In this document: positions 1-10,933 of the stretch, piece after piece
Numbering within the stretch: the first letter of the stretch is position 1
Layout of the letters: each line of letters opens with the position of its first letter
Origin: Hydrurus foetidus
Taxonomy: Eukaryota
Length of the DNA stretch: 32,642 nt
Direction of reading: 5' to 3'
NCBI GenBank assembly: GCA_900617105.1
Contig: UYFQ01000612.1
Location: 1-32,642 of the forward strand
Notes under the pieces: generated by a model
What the model was told of the DNA's origin: nothing
What the model saw: only the letters and a program-made list of their open reading frames with translations
Databases searched by the model: none
Translations under genes and position numbers: made by a program

Positions 1-503
1 TTCATATCATTGTGTTCGTATGCGCATACACGTACTTACACATGTACGTTAATATCACTATAAACGTACGTACGCTTGCACGTGTACAATAAAAGGCGTA
101 TATGTACGTTCGCACGTACGTAAGTACAACCGTACTTATGTATATACGTTCATATATACATATACACCTGTATGTACACCGTACTAACACCGAGTAGCAG
201 TTTGTACGTACTCTCACATCACGTACACAAATAGTCGTTGGATTTTCATGATCTTCATCATCGCCAACTCACTTCGTTACAATATGCTTCATGCAACGTT
301 CCTCAAGCACATGCTATGCATACTACACAGCTCTATGATTGCTCTCTCAAGGTAGTTGGCGTTATCATGAGATGTTCCGATGACTCTTTTGTGTGGCTAT
401 CTGTAAACTCTAATCAGAACTTAATACGTTGTACTTCACAGTATCGTCTACTTGATAGCTCCCTGATTTGAGAAGCTAGACTGCAGCTTCTTCTCCACCT
501 TCG

Positions 504-695
504 TTGCGAACGCTAGAAGGTGACAACTGTTCGATAGTCTTACACCAAGGCAACTCCAGACGCAAAACCCAAATGCGGTTCTTAGTCAAATGGACTGACT
601 TTGACGACTCACACAATACGTGGGAGTCGTGGAAGAATCTTCGTCTGACAGACGCTCTTCACGGCATGTCGAAAATAATTCTGACAGAAAAGTAA
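504..695 (+). pseudogene. Chromodomain remnant from the pol C-terminus of a chromovirus Ty3/Gypsy element
   Basis: IVLHQG..RFLVKWTDFDDSHNTWESWKNLRLTDALH matches the chromodomain of the element at 5322-5530 (FKVKWLNYDDTHNSWEPWKNLRLCEALH). It is followed by a 3' UTR, PPT and LTR. Confidence 0.85.
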
Positions 696-980
696 GTTCC
701 CCAGGAACGACCTACACATTATCTTTTGAAGATTCCTCCTCATTTTTACAACGTTACGTTGCTTTTCAGGAGGTTTAGTCAGTAAAAATCTGACATAAAT
801 GTGTAGGGGAACACGTAGATACAACACATCGAGGGACTCTCCTTTCTCCCTCCCTCTCGTATGCACAATTTTCTGTATTTATCGTACGTATTTATTTTTG
901 TATTATTTTGATTCTTTTTTTTCATAAACTTTAGTCATATTTGTTTTGTTACACATTGTAATTAGCGACTCATTAATAGC

Positions 981-1006
981 GAGAGAGAGAGAGAGAGAGA
1001 GAGAGA
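981..1006 (+). repeat. (GA)13 microsatellite
   Basis: Read directly from the sequence. Confidence 0.95.
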
Positions 1007-1034
1007 TAGGCTAACGAGAGATAAGTAGGGGTAA

Positions 1035-1239
1035 TGTGGCTCCCTCAGGGTCTGCTACCCCATTCAGCCGATTAGATGCTATTTCCACATTAGTATCTTC
1101 ATGTTCACAGCCACGACTATCAGTCACTAGCTAGTTTGTGCTGCTTTGCAGAAGTTACTAGCGTACCTTCTGCTTTCCCCCTAATTAACCAGTTCTTCTA
1201 GCCTTTAGACTTCCCTCTTCTTTCCCTCCCGAGGTCACA
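1035..1239 (+). mobile_element. Probable 3' LTR (~205 bp) of a chromovirus, preceded by a polypurine tract
   Basis: GAGAGATAAGTAGGGGTAA|TGTGGC parallels the PPT|LTR junction of the complete element (GAGATAAGTGGGGGAAA|TGTGGT). It ends GGTCACA and is about the same length as the other LTRs. The partner LTR is outside the window. Confidence 0.7.
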
Positions 1240-1553
1240 GTCGACATCAGAAAGAGAGTTGCACTACCAGCGGGAAAAGAAAAAGAGGCAGAACTGGCAG
1301 CCCAAGACACAACAAATCAAAGTTCAAGTAGTTCGATAAATGTCGTTGTTGATGTCACTTTTACTGGTTGCAACAATATCACTTACACGAATGCTAACTA
1401 ATTTTAATGATATGAAAATAATTAAATCCACCCCAAAAAGACCCAAATTTCTTTCAAAATCTTTCAAAAACGACTAAGCAAATTGAAGCTAAGCACGAAA
1501 TACAACAGCAGAAGATGACCGCAACGGGACTTTAAGGATCTCTCGGAACAAAA

Positions 1554-1640
1554 AGTAATATTCGACCCTCGACACCGTAAAATCGGCCCCCGAGGGATGA
1601 AACAATGTAGCTGATTTTACGGTGTCGGGTCGAAATTACT
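1554..1640. repeat. Imperfect ~31-bp inverted repeat containing the Harbinger-TIR-like core CGACACCGTAA
   Basis: Left arm AGTAATATTCGACCCTCGACACCGTAAAATCGGC versus the reverse complement of the right arm, AGTAATTTCGACCCGACACCGTAAAATCAGC. Confidence 0.8.
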
Positions 1641-2059
1641 ACCGTCCAGTGCCTATTGTTGTGTTTTCGGATTAGGTGGTGCGAGCCCAAAAAGTGGAAA
1701 ATAAGCTCCTGCCGCCAACTGTCGAGAACTTCACCATTATCAAGCTAGTTTTCGGGCGGCACAGCACAACTTTTGCTACACACTAACTAAAATCCTGATC
1801 TCTTTTGTTCCTCCTTCTGCTGACTCCGAGCTATCAAAAGACTGGTTGTCAAAGTTCTACGCGAATTGGAAGTCTCCTTGCAGGGTACAAGAAACTCATT
1901 TTTTTCGAATTGATTAATCGTTTGATCTCCAAAAGGACCATTTCACTGCGAATCTGAGCCCACAAAATTAGGAATATGCCGTTGAAGTATCAGTCTAACT
2001 ATATCTAAAATCTCCGGCACAAATCCTTCAAGTTCTGATTCAGATTTCTGTATTCCAGA

Positions 2060-2688
2060 ATGCAGGCTGTAATTTCGATGAGAGCAAGAGGAAAAGGTGC
2101 TTTCGCATTGAGGAAGGACTTAAAAGCAGCCAAAGACACAGTCTGTGAATTAAAAAGGTTCAAAGAAAATGAAGACGGTACACATCTGCTACTTGATGAC
2201 AAATTACCGACGATGTTACCAGCAGTATCTCCGTTAGAGACAGACCATACTTCGCATTAAGATATCGTTATTTGCACATATTCTTAGAATTTAATTGATC
2301 TCCTCAAATTCTCACATTATAAACAGATGACAATTGCGTTCAGATCGTTGCTCCTGATCCTATTGTGCCAGCAGACAACAGTAACTTCGAACCGTCGGAG
2401 CGACTGGGAAACGTCAGCCGAGAGGCTGCAAAAGTCCTATCAGAGTTCATGGATGACCGTAATGTTTCATTAGATGAGTTAAATGTATACGGTGTAGACT
2501 ATAAATTTGTTTGTATGTTAACTGAAAACTTGAATCATACAAGAGAAGGTTTTACTGTTGTCATTTTAGTTTACTCACCGAACACCGATTCGTGGACCGA
2601 TAAAATGCTAGATATTCTTAAATCGACAAAAATGAACACTACTAAATTAGATATCTGCAAAAACGAAATGATGCGTGCAGAGAATTGA
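2060..2688 (+). CDS. Putative spliced ORF of unknown function inside the outer pogo element, convergent with the transposase
   Basis: A GT..AAACAG intron at 2178-2326 joins ORF 2060 in frame to ORF 2365-2688 (..ENED|DDNCVQIVAPDPIVPADNS..). The start is uncertain and I recognise no domain. Confidence 0.4.
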
Positions 2689-2733
2689 GGCATTGATTAT
2701 TTATGAATTAACTAGTCAGTATCATCATCTGTA

Positions 2734-4794
2734 CTATGTTATCATGTTACCGTTATCATCGTCATCATCTTCCTGCAAGGCATCATAGTTCTGTGCGTAG
2801 TAATTTAATACGATTCTTTCTAGTGCATGTATATCATCCTCTTCGTTTTGTATTCCTGGAAAATCGATCACCGCTTCGTCATCATCTAAGTCCATAGTAC
2901 CCATAGGTACAACTGACATTGTTCCATTTTACTCCTCCTTCCTGTAGACAACGAATGTATCAGGTAAGTCTTCACTCTCTCTTTAAAGAGGTAGTGTGCC
3001 TGTTTTCATAAATGTCCTGTTAATGCAGTCCCTAAACTTTGCTTCTTTAAATGGTCCGTCGAATAGCACAATAATGTCTTTTATCCCACCTAACATAGTT
3101 GGCTTAGGGGGACTAAACTCGGGATTTTTTCGCTGGAGCAAAGGAAGATCATTGTCAGCTGCCCTTTTCAATTTGTATTCCTGGAAACTTTGGTACAGTA
3201 CGTTCGCCCTGTTCGTTCTGATGTGAGCCTTTAGGGGTCTGTTTACCACCAGGTCCAACACCTGCAATTCTCCTGTCATGTTCTTGGGCAGAAACACAAC
3301 ATCCACTCCGATTTCGTCTATCACTTCCATAATGCTCGTTGTCTCATGACTGCCGCAGTTGTCACACCACAGAAGCATCCTCTCCCCTACTAAAGGCTTG
3401 ATTATAACATCAAACCAGAGACACATACGGACCGTGTCGTTCCATGCCTTGCACTGGCTCGTGATCACATGTCCTGTTACTCTATGTAAAAGGTAATTGA
3501 CTTTGTGTGTGGCAGTAATATTATTGATAGTCAGTTCTCTACTCCACACCTCTAGAGACCAACCCTCACTGATCCTAAAACCGTTTTTCTTGTGCGTTTG
3601 ACGGATTACTGTCATATCAGTCTGGTCAGGGCGCTTCTCCGAACTGGCCGAATGTTTTACAATTAACATCAGAGGAGCGAAACGGCTTCTCCAGTAATTC
3701 TCATTTTTGAGTTCGAAATTCCTATGTTTGTGGCCCTCTGTTGATTTTTCGGACACCACATATGCGTTGGAGCTATACACCACGTAAAAGCAGTCTCGTC
3801 AAAGTTCCATGTGGTGCTGGGCGAATGTGCGTTTCTCACATAAAAATCTTGGCCTATTCCTAGAACTCGTGCTATTTCATCGTCACTAGGTAAGTTCTTG
3901 TCATCCCTTGTTATCTTTCGACGACTCAAACCTCCTAATTTCAAGAAATTGTGAATCCATTTGTGTGAGAATTTTATCGCTTGTATCTTTTCCTTGTCCA
4001 TCCAGTGATCAGATTGCTGAATTGCTCTTGCTGCAGTTTCTACTATTGGTGACATTTAATAGAATTCGAAGATCCTTTTCAGCAACCTATTCATTAATAC
4101 AACATTTAAATTACAAGTTTTTAATAGATCATATATTAATACATAATTGCATAAAACAAATAAGTAGAATGATGTTAAAATAAATTTACCTCATTTATTT
4201 TATTCTCTAAGATACACAACACTAGATTTCCCCATATCTCAGACACAAATTCACTGTTGATTTTTGGACCACTTTTTACCGTTAATTTGTCTTTCACTGA
4301 ATACCAACGTAATACATCCCGAGCTTTTATCGTTGAATAATAATTGATTTTGCCAAGCATTTTTTCTGTCGTTGACGCCGCAATTACATTGCAGTCGGCG
4401 TATTCTCTTTCTTCTGCCACGTCAGTAATAATTTTGAATAAATCTTATCGTCTTTTTCAAATATTATGTATTTCGATGGTATTTTAGACACCATTTCCAA
4501 CACTCTTTCATCATTTTGTATATCATTCAGAGCAAGATTATCATTATCATCATCTTCCGAGCTTACACTTTCCTCATCACCGTATTCAGCACTATCTATT
4601 AATTTCCGCTTTTTGGTGTCTTCTATTTTAATCGCAGAATTTAAATAGTATTGAATGTTATTCTCTCCAAAAATTTTCTTTACAGAATCCAACAAATTCA
4701 CTGTATTCTTTTTGATGGTTTTTTTCCCTAATTTAGATGGTGATTTCCGTGTAACGCGCTTTTTTTTCTCAACTTCCTGAGCTCGTGAACGAAG
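2734..4794 (-). pseudogene. pogo/Fot1-like transposase, 3' part (CENP-B-type HTH, DD35D catalytic domain, acidic tail)
   Basis: HTH motif KFSHKWIHNFLK..LSRRKIT; catalytic motifs WNFDETAF, LWCDNCGSH and ELQVLDLVVN (35 aa between D2 and D3). GT-AG intron at 4189-4087. Several frameshifts, plus two in-frame TAA stops before the Asp-rich tail that ends at 2734. Confidence 0.9.
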
Positions 4795-5000
4795 TGTAGT
4801 CCAGATGGAGGGAAGAGCGAAAGACGAGTAGGTGGTAGTTAGTTTACAACTAAGCTAGAAGCTAGGTAACTTCTACGAGTAGGCTGCAGCTAGCTAGCTA
4901 GTCGTGGTAGGGCTGTATATGTACTGTAGGCGGAAGGATCGGGTGGATCGTGACAAGGTCCGGTACGGCCCGTAGGCCCGGTATACCCGGTACGACCACA
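4795..5000 (-). repeat. 3' LTR
   Basis: 205/206 identical to 10728-10933 and adjacent to the PPT. Confidence 0.97.
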
Positions 5001-5022
5001 TTTCCCCCACTTATCTCTTTTT
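5001..5022 (-). promoter_or_regulatory. Polypurine tract
   Basis: The minus strand reads AAAAAAGAGATAAGTGGGGGAAA immediately before the 3' LTR. Confidence 0.9.
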
Positions 5023-5321
5023 TGAAGAAATCTAATCTATGACGCGACCACCACGTTTAAAAATATAATAACTAATAATAACTAAGAAAGGAAAAGAAAA
5101 TTTAACGAAAACTAAAATGAAAAATATAATAAAGAATATTTACAAAATGTAAACTGTGGTGGGTCGGTCGACGAGAAAAGTGGTGCCTAGTACGTAAGTA
5201 CATGTGCCCGAGGCCTCGATACGTAATTATGTCAGATTTTTACTGACTAAAACCATAAAACCTCCATAGAGGGAAAATTAGGAAAAATCTTCAAAAGATA
5301 ATACGTTCGAGATCAGTCTTC

Positions 5322-8300
5322 TTAGACTGATGCCTCAAGATTCTTGGGGATAAAATGTTTCATTTTATTGTCCCTCAAGTATTCATGGAGTGCTTCACAA
5401 AGCCGTAGGTTTTTCCACGGCTCCCATGAATTATGAGTGTCATCATAATTAAGCCATTTGACTTTGAATGACATTGTCGTAGGCTTCTTTTGTCACCTGA
5501 GTGACTAAGAACCTTTTCCACTACAAATTCCATGTAGTCACGACGAGCAGTGTCAGCAGGTACATCGACCTCTGAATCATAATTAAAAATTTTTAAATTT
5601 TTAATATGTACACTTCGTTCTTGTGTGTGACAAGGTTTGCGAGGATATACTCGGATCCTTTGTAGGAGATAACACGGTACGGGCCATGCCACGTAGTGTG
5701 TAACCGAGTAGGCGGTCGATCCGTGTAACGACATAAAACATATGTCCCTATAGGGAACACTGTCGCACACTTAGCTGATGCCGCGTGTTTAGCGTCTGCT
5801 GACACCAAAGCTTGAACAGCTGAATCAAGGACCTTGTCCTGAACGCTGATCAAGTCCTCAATGTATGTTGATCTAGAATGTGTATTCACACTTAAGTGTG
5901 GTGTTAAAATACCACGATTCAAGTCAAGCTTGTTTCCGAACAGTAAATGTGCGGGCGCAACTTTAGTGCGTCTATTAACTGAACTGTTAATGATGCGTTG
6001 CACAAATGGGATTGACTTAGCATATCCCTCTAGGGTCTGTTTATCAAAAACAAGACCTCTTAGGTGTCTATTTACCTCTTTGTTGACTCTCTCAACAATC
6101 GCATTTTCCTCTTTCGAGTATGCGAGGGTTAAATTATGTGGCGTACCACAAAGATCTAAAAATCTTTTATTAAATCGTTTGCGAAATGGGATCCTCGATC
6201 CGATCGTATCATGTTTGGCGAGCCGAAACGGCCAAAATGAGAGAGTAGGCAGTCGGCCGCTGATTTTGCGTCTGCATTTGCACACCAAAATAGTTCAGTC
6301 CAACGTGTGAACGTGTCGATAATGACAAGGATATAACCTTTGTCTGGGAATGGACCGATATAGTCAACATTCAGCGTATCGAAGATAGCATAATTCGACG
6401 TTGCAAAGTGAGACGCATTGATTTTAGGATCTTTTGCGCTCAACTTTTGACAACACGGACAGTTCTGTATGAACGTACGTACATGTTGTTTCATGTTTTT
6501 CCAAACTTGTTGTAAACTGAACAACCGAGTAAGGGTACGATCTACACCGTTGTGACCAACAAACGCATTGTGGCACATTTGAATGTATTCTAACTGATCG
6601 TCTGACGCTGGGTCGATAGCTGTCAAAGCTGACACAGTGACCGACGACGACGAAGTTGGAAGTAATTCCAATTCCGTTATTCGTAACGGTAATGCGATTT
6701 CTGTCAAGTTAGGACATAATCGCGACAATGCGTCGGCTAAGGCATTTGACGTGCCAGGTACGAAGACAACCGTAAAATGAAGTTCTTGCATAGCAATGAA
6801 CCATCTTGCTACCATTGAGGTAGGGTTTTGTTTCATATACGTGATATTCAAATGATCCGTATAGATTGTGAATGTACGATCTCTGATTAAATAATCGAGT
6901 TGTGTACAACAGTAGAATATAGCATACGCTTCTTTCTGTATAGTTGACCACCGTATTTGTGTTGGTGTCAATGATTTGCTTATAAAAGCTATTAGTTGCC
7001 AAATGGTATCAACCACTTGGAAAAGGACACCGCCGATTCCAAAATCAGACGCGTCTGTATATAATCGGATATCCAATTTATTGTCATCAATGAAGTACAT
7101 TAATGGACAACGAGATATCGCGATCTGTGTATCGTGAAAGCTGTTGGTACTCGTTTGAGTCCATACAACGGCCGAACGTTTCGGTGCAGAATGATCTATC
7201 ATATCTTGCATTGGTTTAACCAAAGTAGAATGCATAGGTACAAACTGTCGAAAATAGTTCGCTAATCCTAAGAATGATCTTAACAAAGTTAAGTTCTTAG
7301 GTATAGAAAAGTTTAACACTGTTTCTATTTTCTCTTTTGACATGGATAAACCATCTTTGTCAACCACTCTGCCAACGTATTCAATACGAGGTAAACCAAA
7401 GCGGCATTTTTTGGCTTTGAGTCTAAGACCCTTAAGTCTGAATCTTTCAAAGACTTTGTTCAAGTTCTTTAGAAACTCTGCTTCACCCTTGCCATATACT
7501 ATACAATCGTCGAGATACATCTCACAACAATGATAGATAAGGCCATAGAGGACCGCCGTTACCATCTGCTCTTGAAAGTAAGAGGGGGCACGACACGGAC
7601 CAAAGGGCAGTCTCGTAAACTGAAAAACCCCCGCAAAGCATATAAACGCTGTGAATATGCGGTGTGCGGGGTGTAACGGTGCTTGATGGTAACCCGCGGT
7701 TAAATCCATCACACCAAAAATATCCGGTTTTTTATTACCGATCCTCTCAAAAAGATGTTTGATATTCGGCAGGGGAAAAGAGGCGGGAGTCAGGCACTTA
7801 TTAAGTGGCCGGTAATCGATGCAGGTTCGAAATTTACCGGGTGACTTAGTTACGATTACAGGATGACTGTAATAAGCAGCATCTGACCGCTCTATAACCC
7901 CGACGCAAGCATCTCATCGAGATTCTCCTTAAGAGCAACCTCTTAGTCGATGACTGGGGACGTACCGGCGTACGGTTTTCGTCTTTTTCCCACAACTCAA
8001 GTGGGATGTTAATCTCAAAAGGTTTGAGTGACGCTGGTTTCTCAGCTAACTGATCACTAAAAATGTCTGAATATTCAGAACAGAGCTCTCGGAGCTTCCT
8101 CTGAAAGCTTTCATCTCCCTCAAAGGTAATCTCGTTGAGGAAATCCTCTGGCCCCTTGGGCAAGTCATCTTGACTAGGTTTCTCAGCTAAGAAGGGTGCG
8201 AACGTGTCTATCTTGCCATCGTCAATCTCGTCAACTGAGAGTGCGACACCACTGGGCCATAAAGGCTCAGTGACATAGTCGGGGGTATCAGAATCCCCAA

Positions 8301-9166
8301 AGGTATGTGTAAGGGTGGGAATCTGGTCGCCACCTAGGTGCGGTGTATCACCCGTACGTTTTGCGAGAATAGTAGTGACACTATTCAGTCGCTCACAACT
8401 TACATCACCACAGGAATTTTGGGTAGCTACTCCCTCCATATCCTTTTGGGTATCGTTACATGTCGACATTGAATGGACACAGGAGACGTTGCTCTTCGAA
8501 GAAGATTGACCAAGCAAAACGCTCTTCTTATATGGGTACTCTTGTACTCCATATGTAACCCTCTTTTTAGAGGTAGGTTTACCGCCTGGATATTTCAGCT
8601 TGTCGTAATGAGGCGTGATAGACTCGACTTCAGCTGTATCTGGTTCGGCCCCCAACGCTATCATACGATGCGTATACTTATGTTGATACATGGGATCAAG
8701 TCTCAACAAAGCTTCCTTCTTATCGAAGTCGCGTTTGCGCGCATCGCTTTTCTTCTTATTCTCCGCGCTTAGTTCTGGCGAGATGCCGAAAGCAAACGGA
8801 GTTAAGGACCAAAAATCGTATTTATTTACCGTATCACGGCTAAATAATATGTTGATATTCGTTTTCCGAATAGGTACATGTGGCTGCACTTCGACATGAT
8901 CGTCAGTCAGATTAAAGACATCATTATCGAAAGTGACAGCCACGCAGTCCTGGGCAAGGTTCTTACCTTGGTTTTGTCCCGGCTGAGTGTTGTCTCGGCT
9001 AAATAATATGTTGATATTCGTTTTCCGAATAGGTACATGTGGCTGCACTTCGACATGATCGTCAGTCAGATTAAAGACATCATTATCGAAAGTGACAGCC
9101 ACGCAGTCCTGGGCAAGGTTCTTACCTTGGTTTTGTCCCGGCTGAGTGTTGTCTCGGCTAAATAAT
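5322..9166 (-). pseudogene. pol: Gypsy pol polyprotein (degenerate protease end, RT, RNase H, integrase, chromodomain), frameshifted
   Basis: RT: FRTCIDYR, DLTAGYHQ, LPFG, YLDD. RNase H: YTDASDFG, KEAYAI, TDH, ADALSR. Integrase: H..H..CPCC, VDYIGP, RSDRG, IVERVN. Chromodomain: VEKVLSH..FKVKW..NSWEPWKNL. At least four frame changes (~7930, ~6160, ~5620, ~5480). Confidence 0.95.
8837..9166. repeat. Exact 159-bp tandem duplication (53 codons, in frame)
   Basis: Units start at 8837, 8996 and (partial) 9155; AVTFDNDVFNLTDDHVEVQPHVPIRKTNINILFSRD occurs twice in the ORF. Confidence 0.95.
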
Positions 9167-10717
9167 CTGTCGATATACCCTTATGGGCAGGCTGATGCTA
9201 TTGCATTCACCATCGAATGAAAAAGGATTGTTAAATCGCAAGTTTTACATTGATCGTCGCGACCGCTACACACCGTTATGGCCCTATGGGTAGGATAACA
9301 AAGTAGTATAACGTTAAGAATTTTTATCATGTAAAATGAAATAAAACCCTATATAAATTCGCTGTACCCCACACGGATTGATCAGCGGCGCTCTGATGGC
9401 TAACCGGTGTTGTGTGCAGTCAAAAGATACGATTGTACTTACGATCACTTCTTTTCAATCAATGCAATATTGCATTGCAATAATTTTACTCAGCATAAAG
9501 CTGTTCAAGAAACGTGATAGCGTGAACGAAAAGAGCGAATCATACTAACGATCTTTTGATTTATGTTGCAAAGCAACAGAACATTTGCAATGTAAGAAAT
9601 ATTACAATCGAAAAGTTTAGCTGAAAGCTGGAGGAACACTCCTTATTTTTCATTTTTTTTTTTTTTTTTTTAAAAGTGTTACAGTTTCAAAATTTTGTTA
9701 AGACTTGAAATCCGTTCTTAAATGTAACAAAATGTGTACCCACATATTGAAAACTAATAAAAAATGTACGACATTTTCAAATGTACGAAACGATGACTCA
9801 CCCCTACTGGGGCTCGAACCCCGAACTCAGGATGGTCAGTAATCCTTGGAGGATATTTTCTTTAATCGTCGATATCTCTCAACTGAGAACGATTCGAGAG
9901 ATTAGAAGCTTCAGATCATGTTTATATGGTTGTTAGGCATCTTTCTATAGGTTCTGACCTTTTCTGGGTCAAAACCTGATAAAAATCAGTCGAGTACGAC
10001 GATGTCGCGCTAAGTTCATAACTCAGCAGGATGATCTCGAATTCAACCCGAACTCGATGTAAACGATTCTATAGGATGCAAGAGTTCATTATCCGAAGGA
10101 ACAATGATGTCCGCATGCGACTTCTCTAAGTATCTTCTGTCAAAAGATTAGCAGAAATCGTTTATTCACTCGAGATATTTCTCCGAAGAAAAATGGCTGT
10201 ATCTCGGTGAAGAGGTTAGCCCTGCTCGAAATTTTTTTTCAAGAGCTTCGCCTCTCTTACTAACGGGTACTGTGCGTCAGTAACAACGAGGGAAGTGATT
10301 CTACCCAACTCTTGAACTGAAAAGTTCTATGGCGTAAGAGCCAAATTCTGAGTGGTAGAAAAAGTGGATACCTTTTAAGGTATATGCTGCTGCTTTTCAG
10401 CGACAAGAAGACGTCTCTTGACTAATCTTATGTCAGCGGTGATGAATCCGTGATTCAATCGACCGTCAGAGCAGATCTTTAATGAATCTCGGGAAGGATC
10501 TTTCGACTTCGACCGGAAACTTAAAGAATGGAAGAGCCCAAGCTTAGGGATTCCAAGAAAGCAGGTATGCTGACTTTCTCTAACTTAAACTAAAGTTCTC
10601 TGAGCTCAAAGCTGCAAGAGAAGTCGGCCGTGGCGGACAATAGATCGCTCAGAAGTCTTATCTAAAAGTTGAGGACAAGTAGATGGACTGAGAAGTAGTA
10701 GAAAAGAGGTTTGACGA

Positions 10718-10727
10718 ATAGCGCTAT
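10718..10727 (-). promoter_or_regulatory. Palindrome ATAGCGCTAT at the primer-binding-site position
   Basis: Directly abuts the 5' LTR, and there is no TGG-initiated tRNA PBS. Confidence 0.7.
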
Positions 10728-10933
10728 TGTAGTCCGGATGGAGGGAAGAGCGAAAGACGAGTAGGTGGTAGTTAGTTTACAACTAAGCTAGAAGCTAGGT
10801 AACTTCTACGAGTAGGCTGCAGCTAGCTAGCTAGTCGTGGTAGGGCTGTATATGTACTGTAGGCGGAAGGATCGGGTGGATCGTGACAAGGTCCGGTACG
10901 GCCCGTAGGCCCGGTATACCCGGTACGACCACA
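10728..10933 (-). repeat. 5' LTR
   Basis: 205/206 identical to 4795-5000. Confidence 0.97.

Larger units (their letters stand above)
4795..10933 (-). mobile_element. Ty3/Gypsy chromovirus-type LTR retrotransposon with complete ends and defective coding region
   Basis: 206-bp TG..CA LTRs at 4795-5000 and 10728-10933 with 1 mismatch, 4-bp TSD GAAG (4791-4794, 10934-10937), PPT at 5001-5022, and RT-RH-IN-chromodomain order. Confidence 0.97.

Noticed and set aside
10827..10933. C-terminal part of the 199-aa ORF
   Set aside because: Read-through into the inserted LTR; the original frame continues at 4790.
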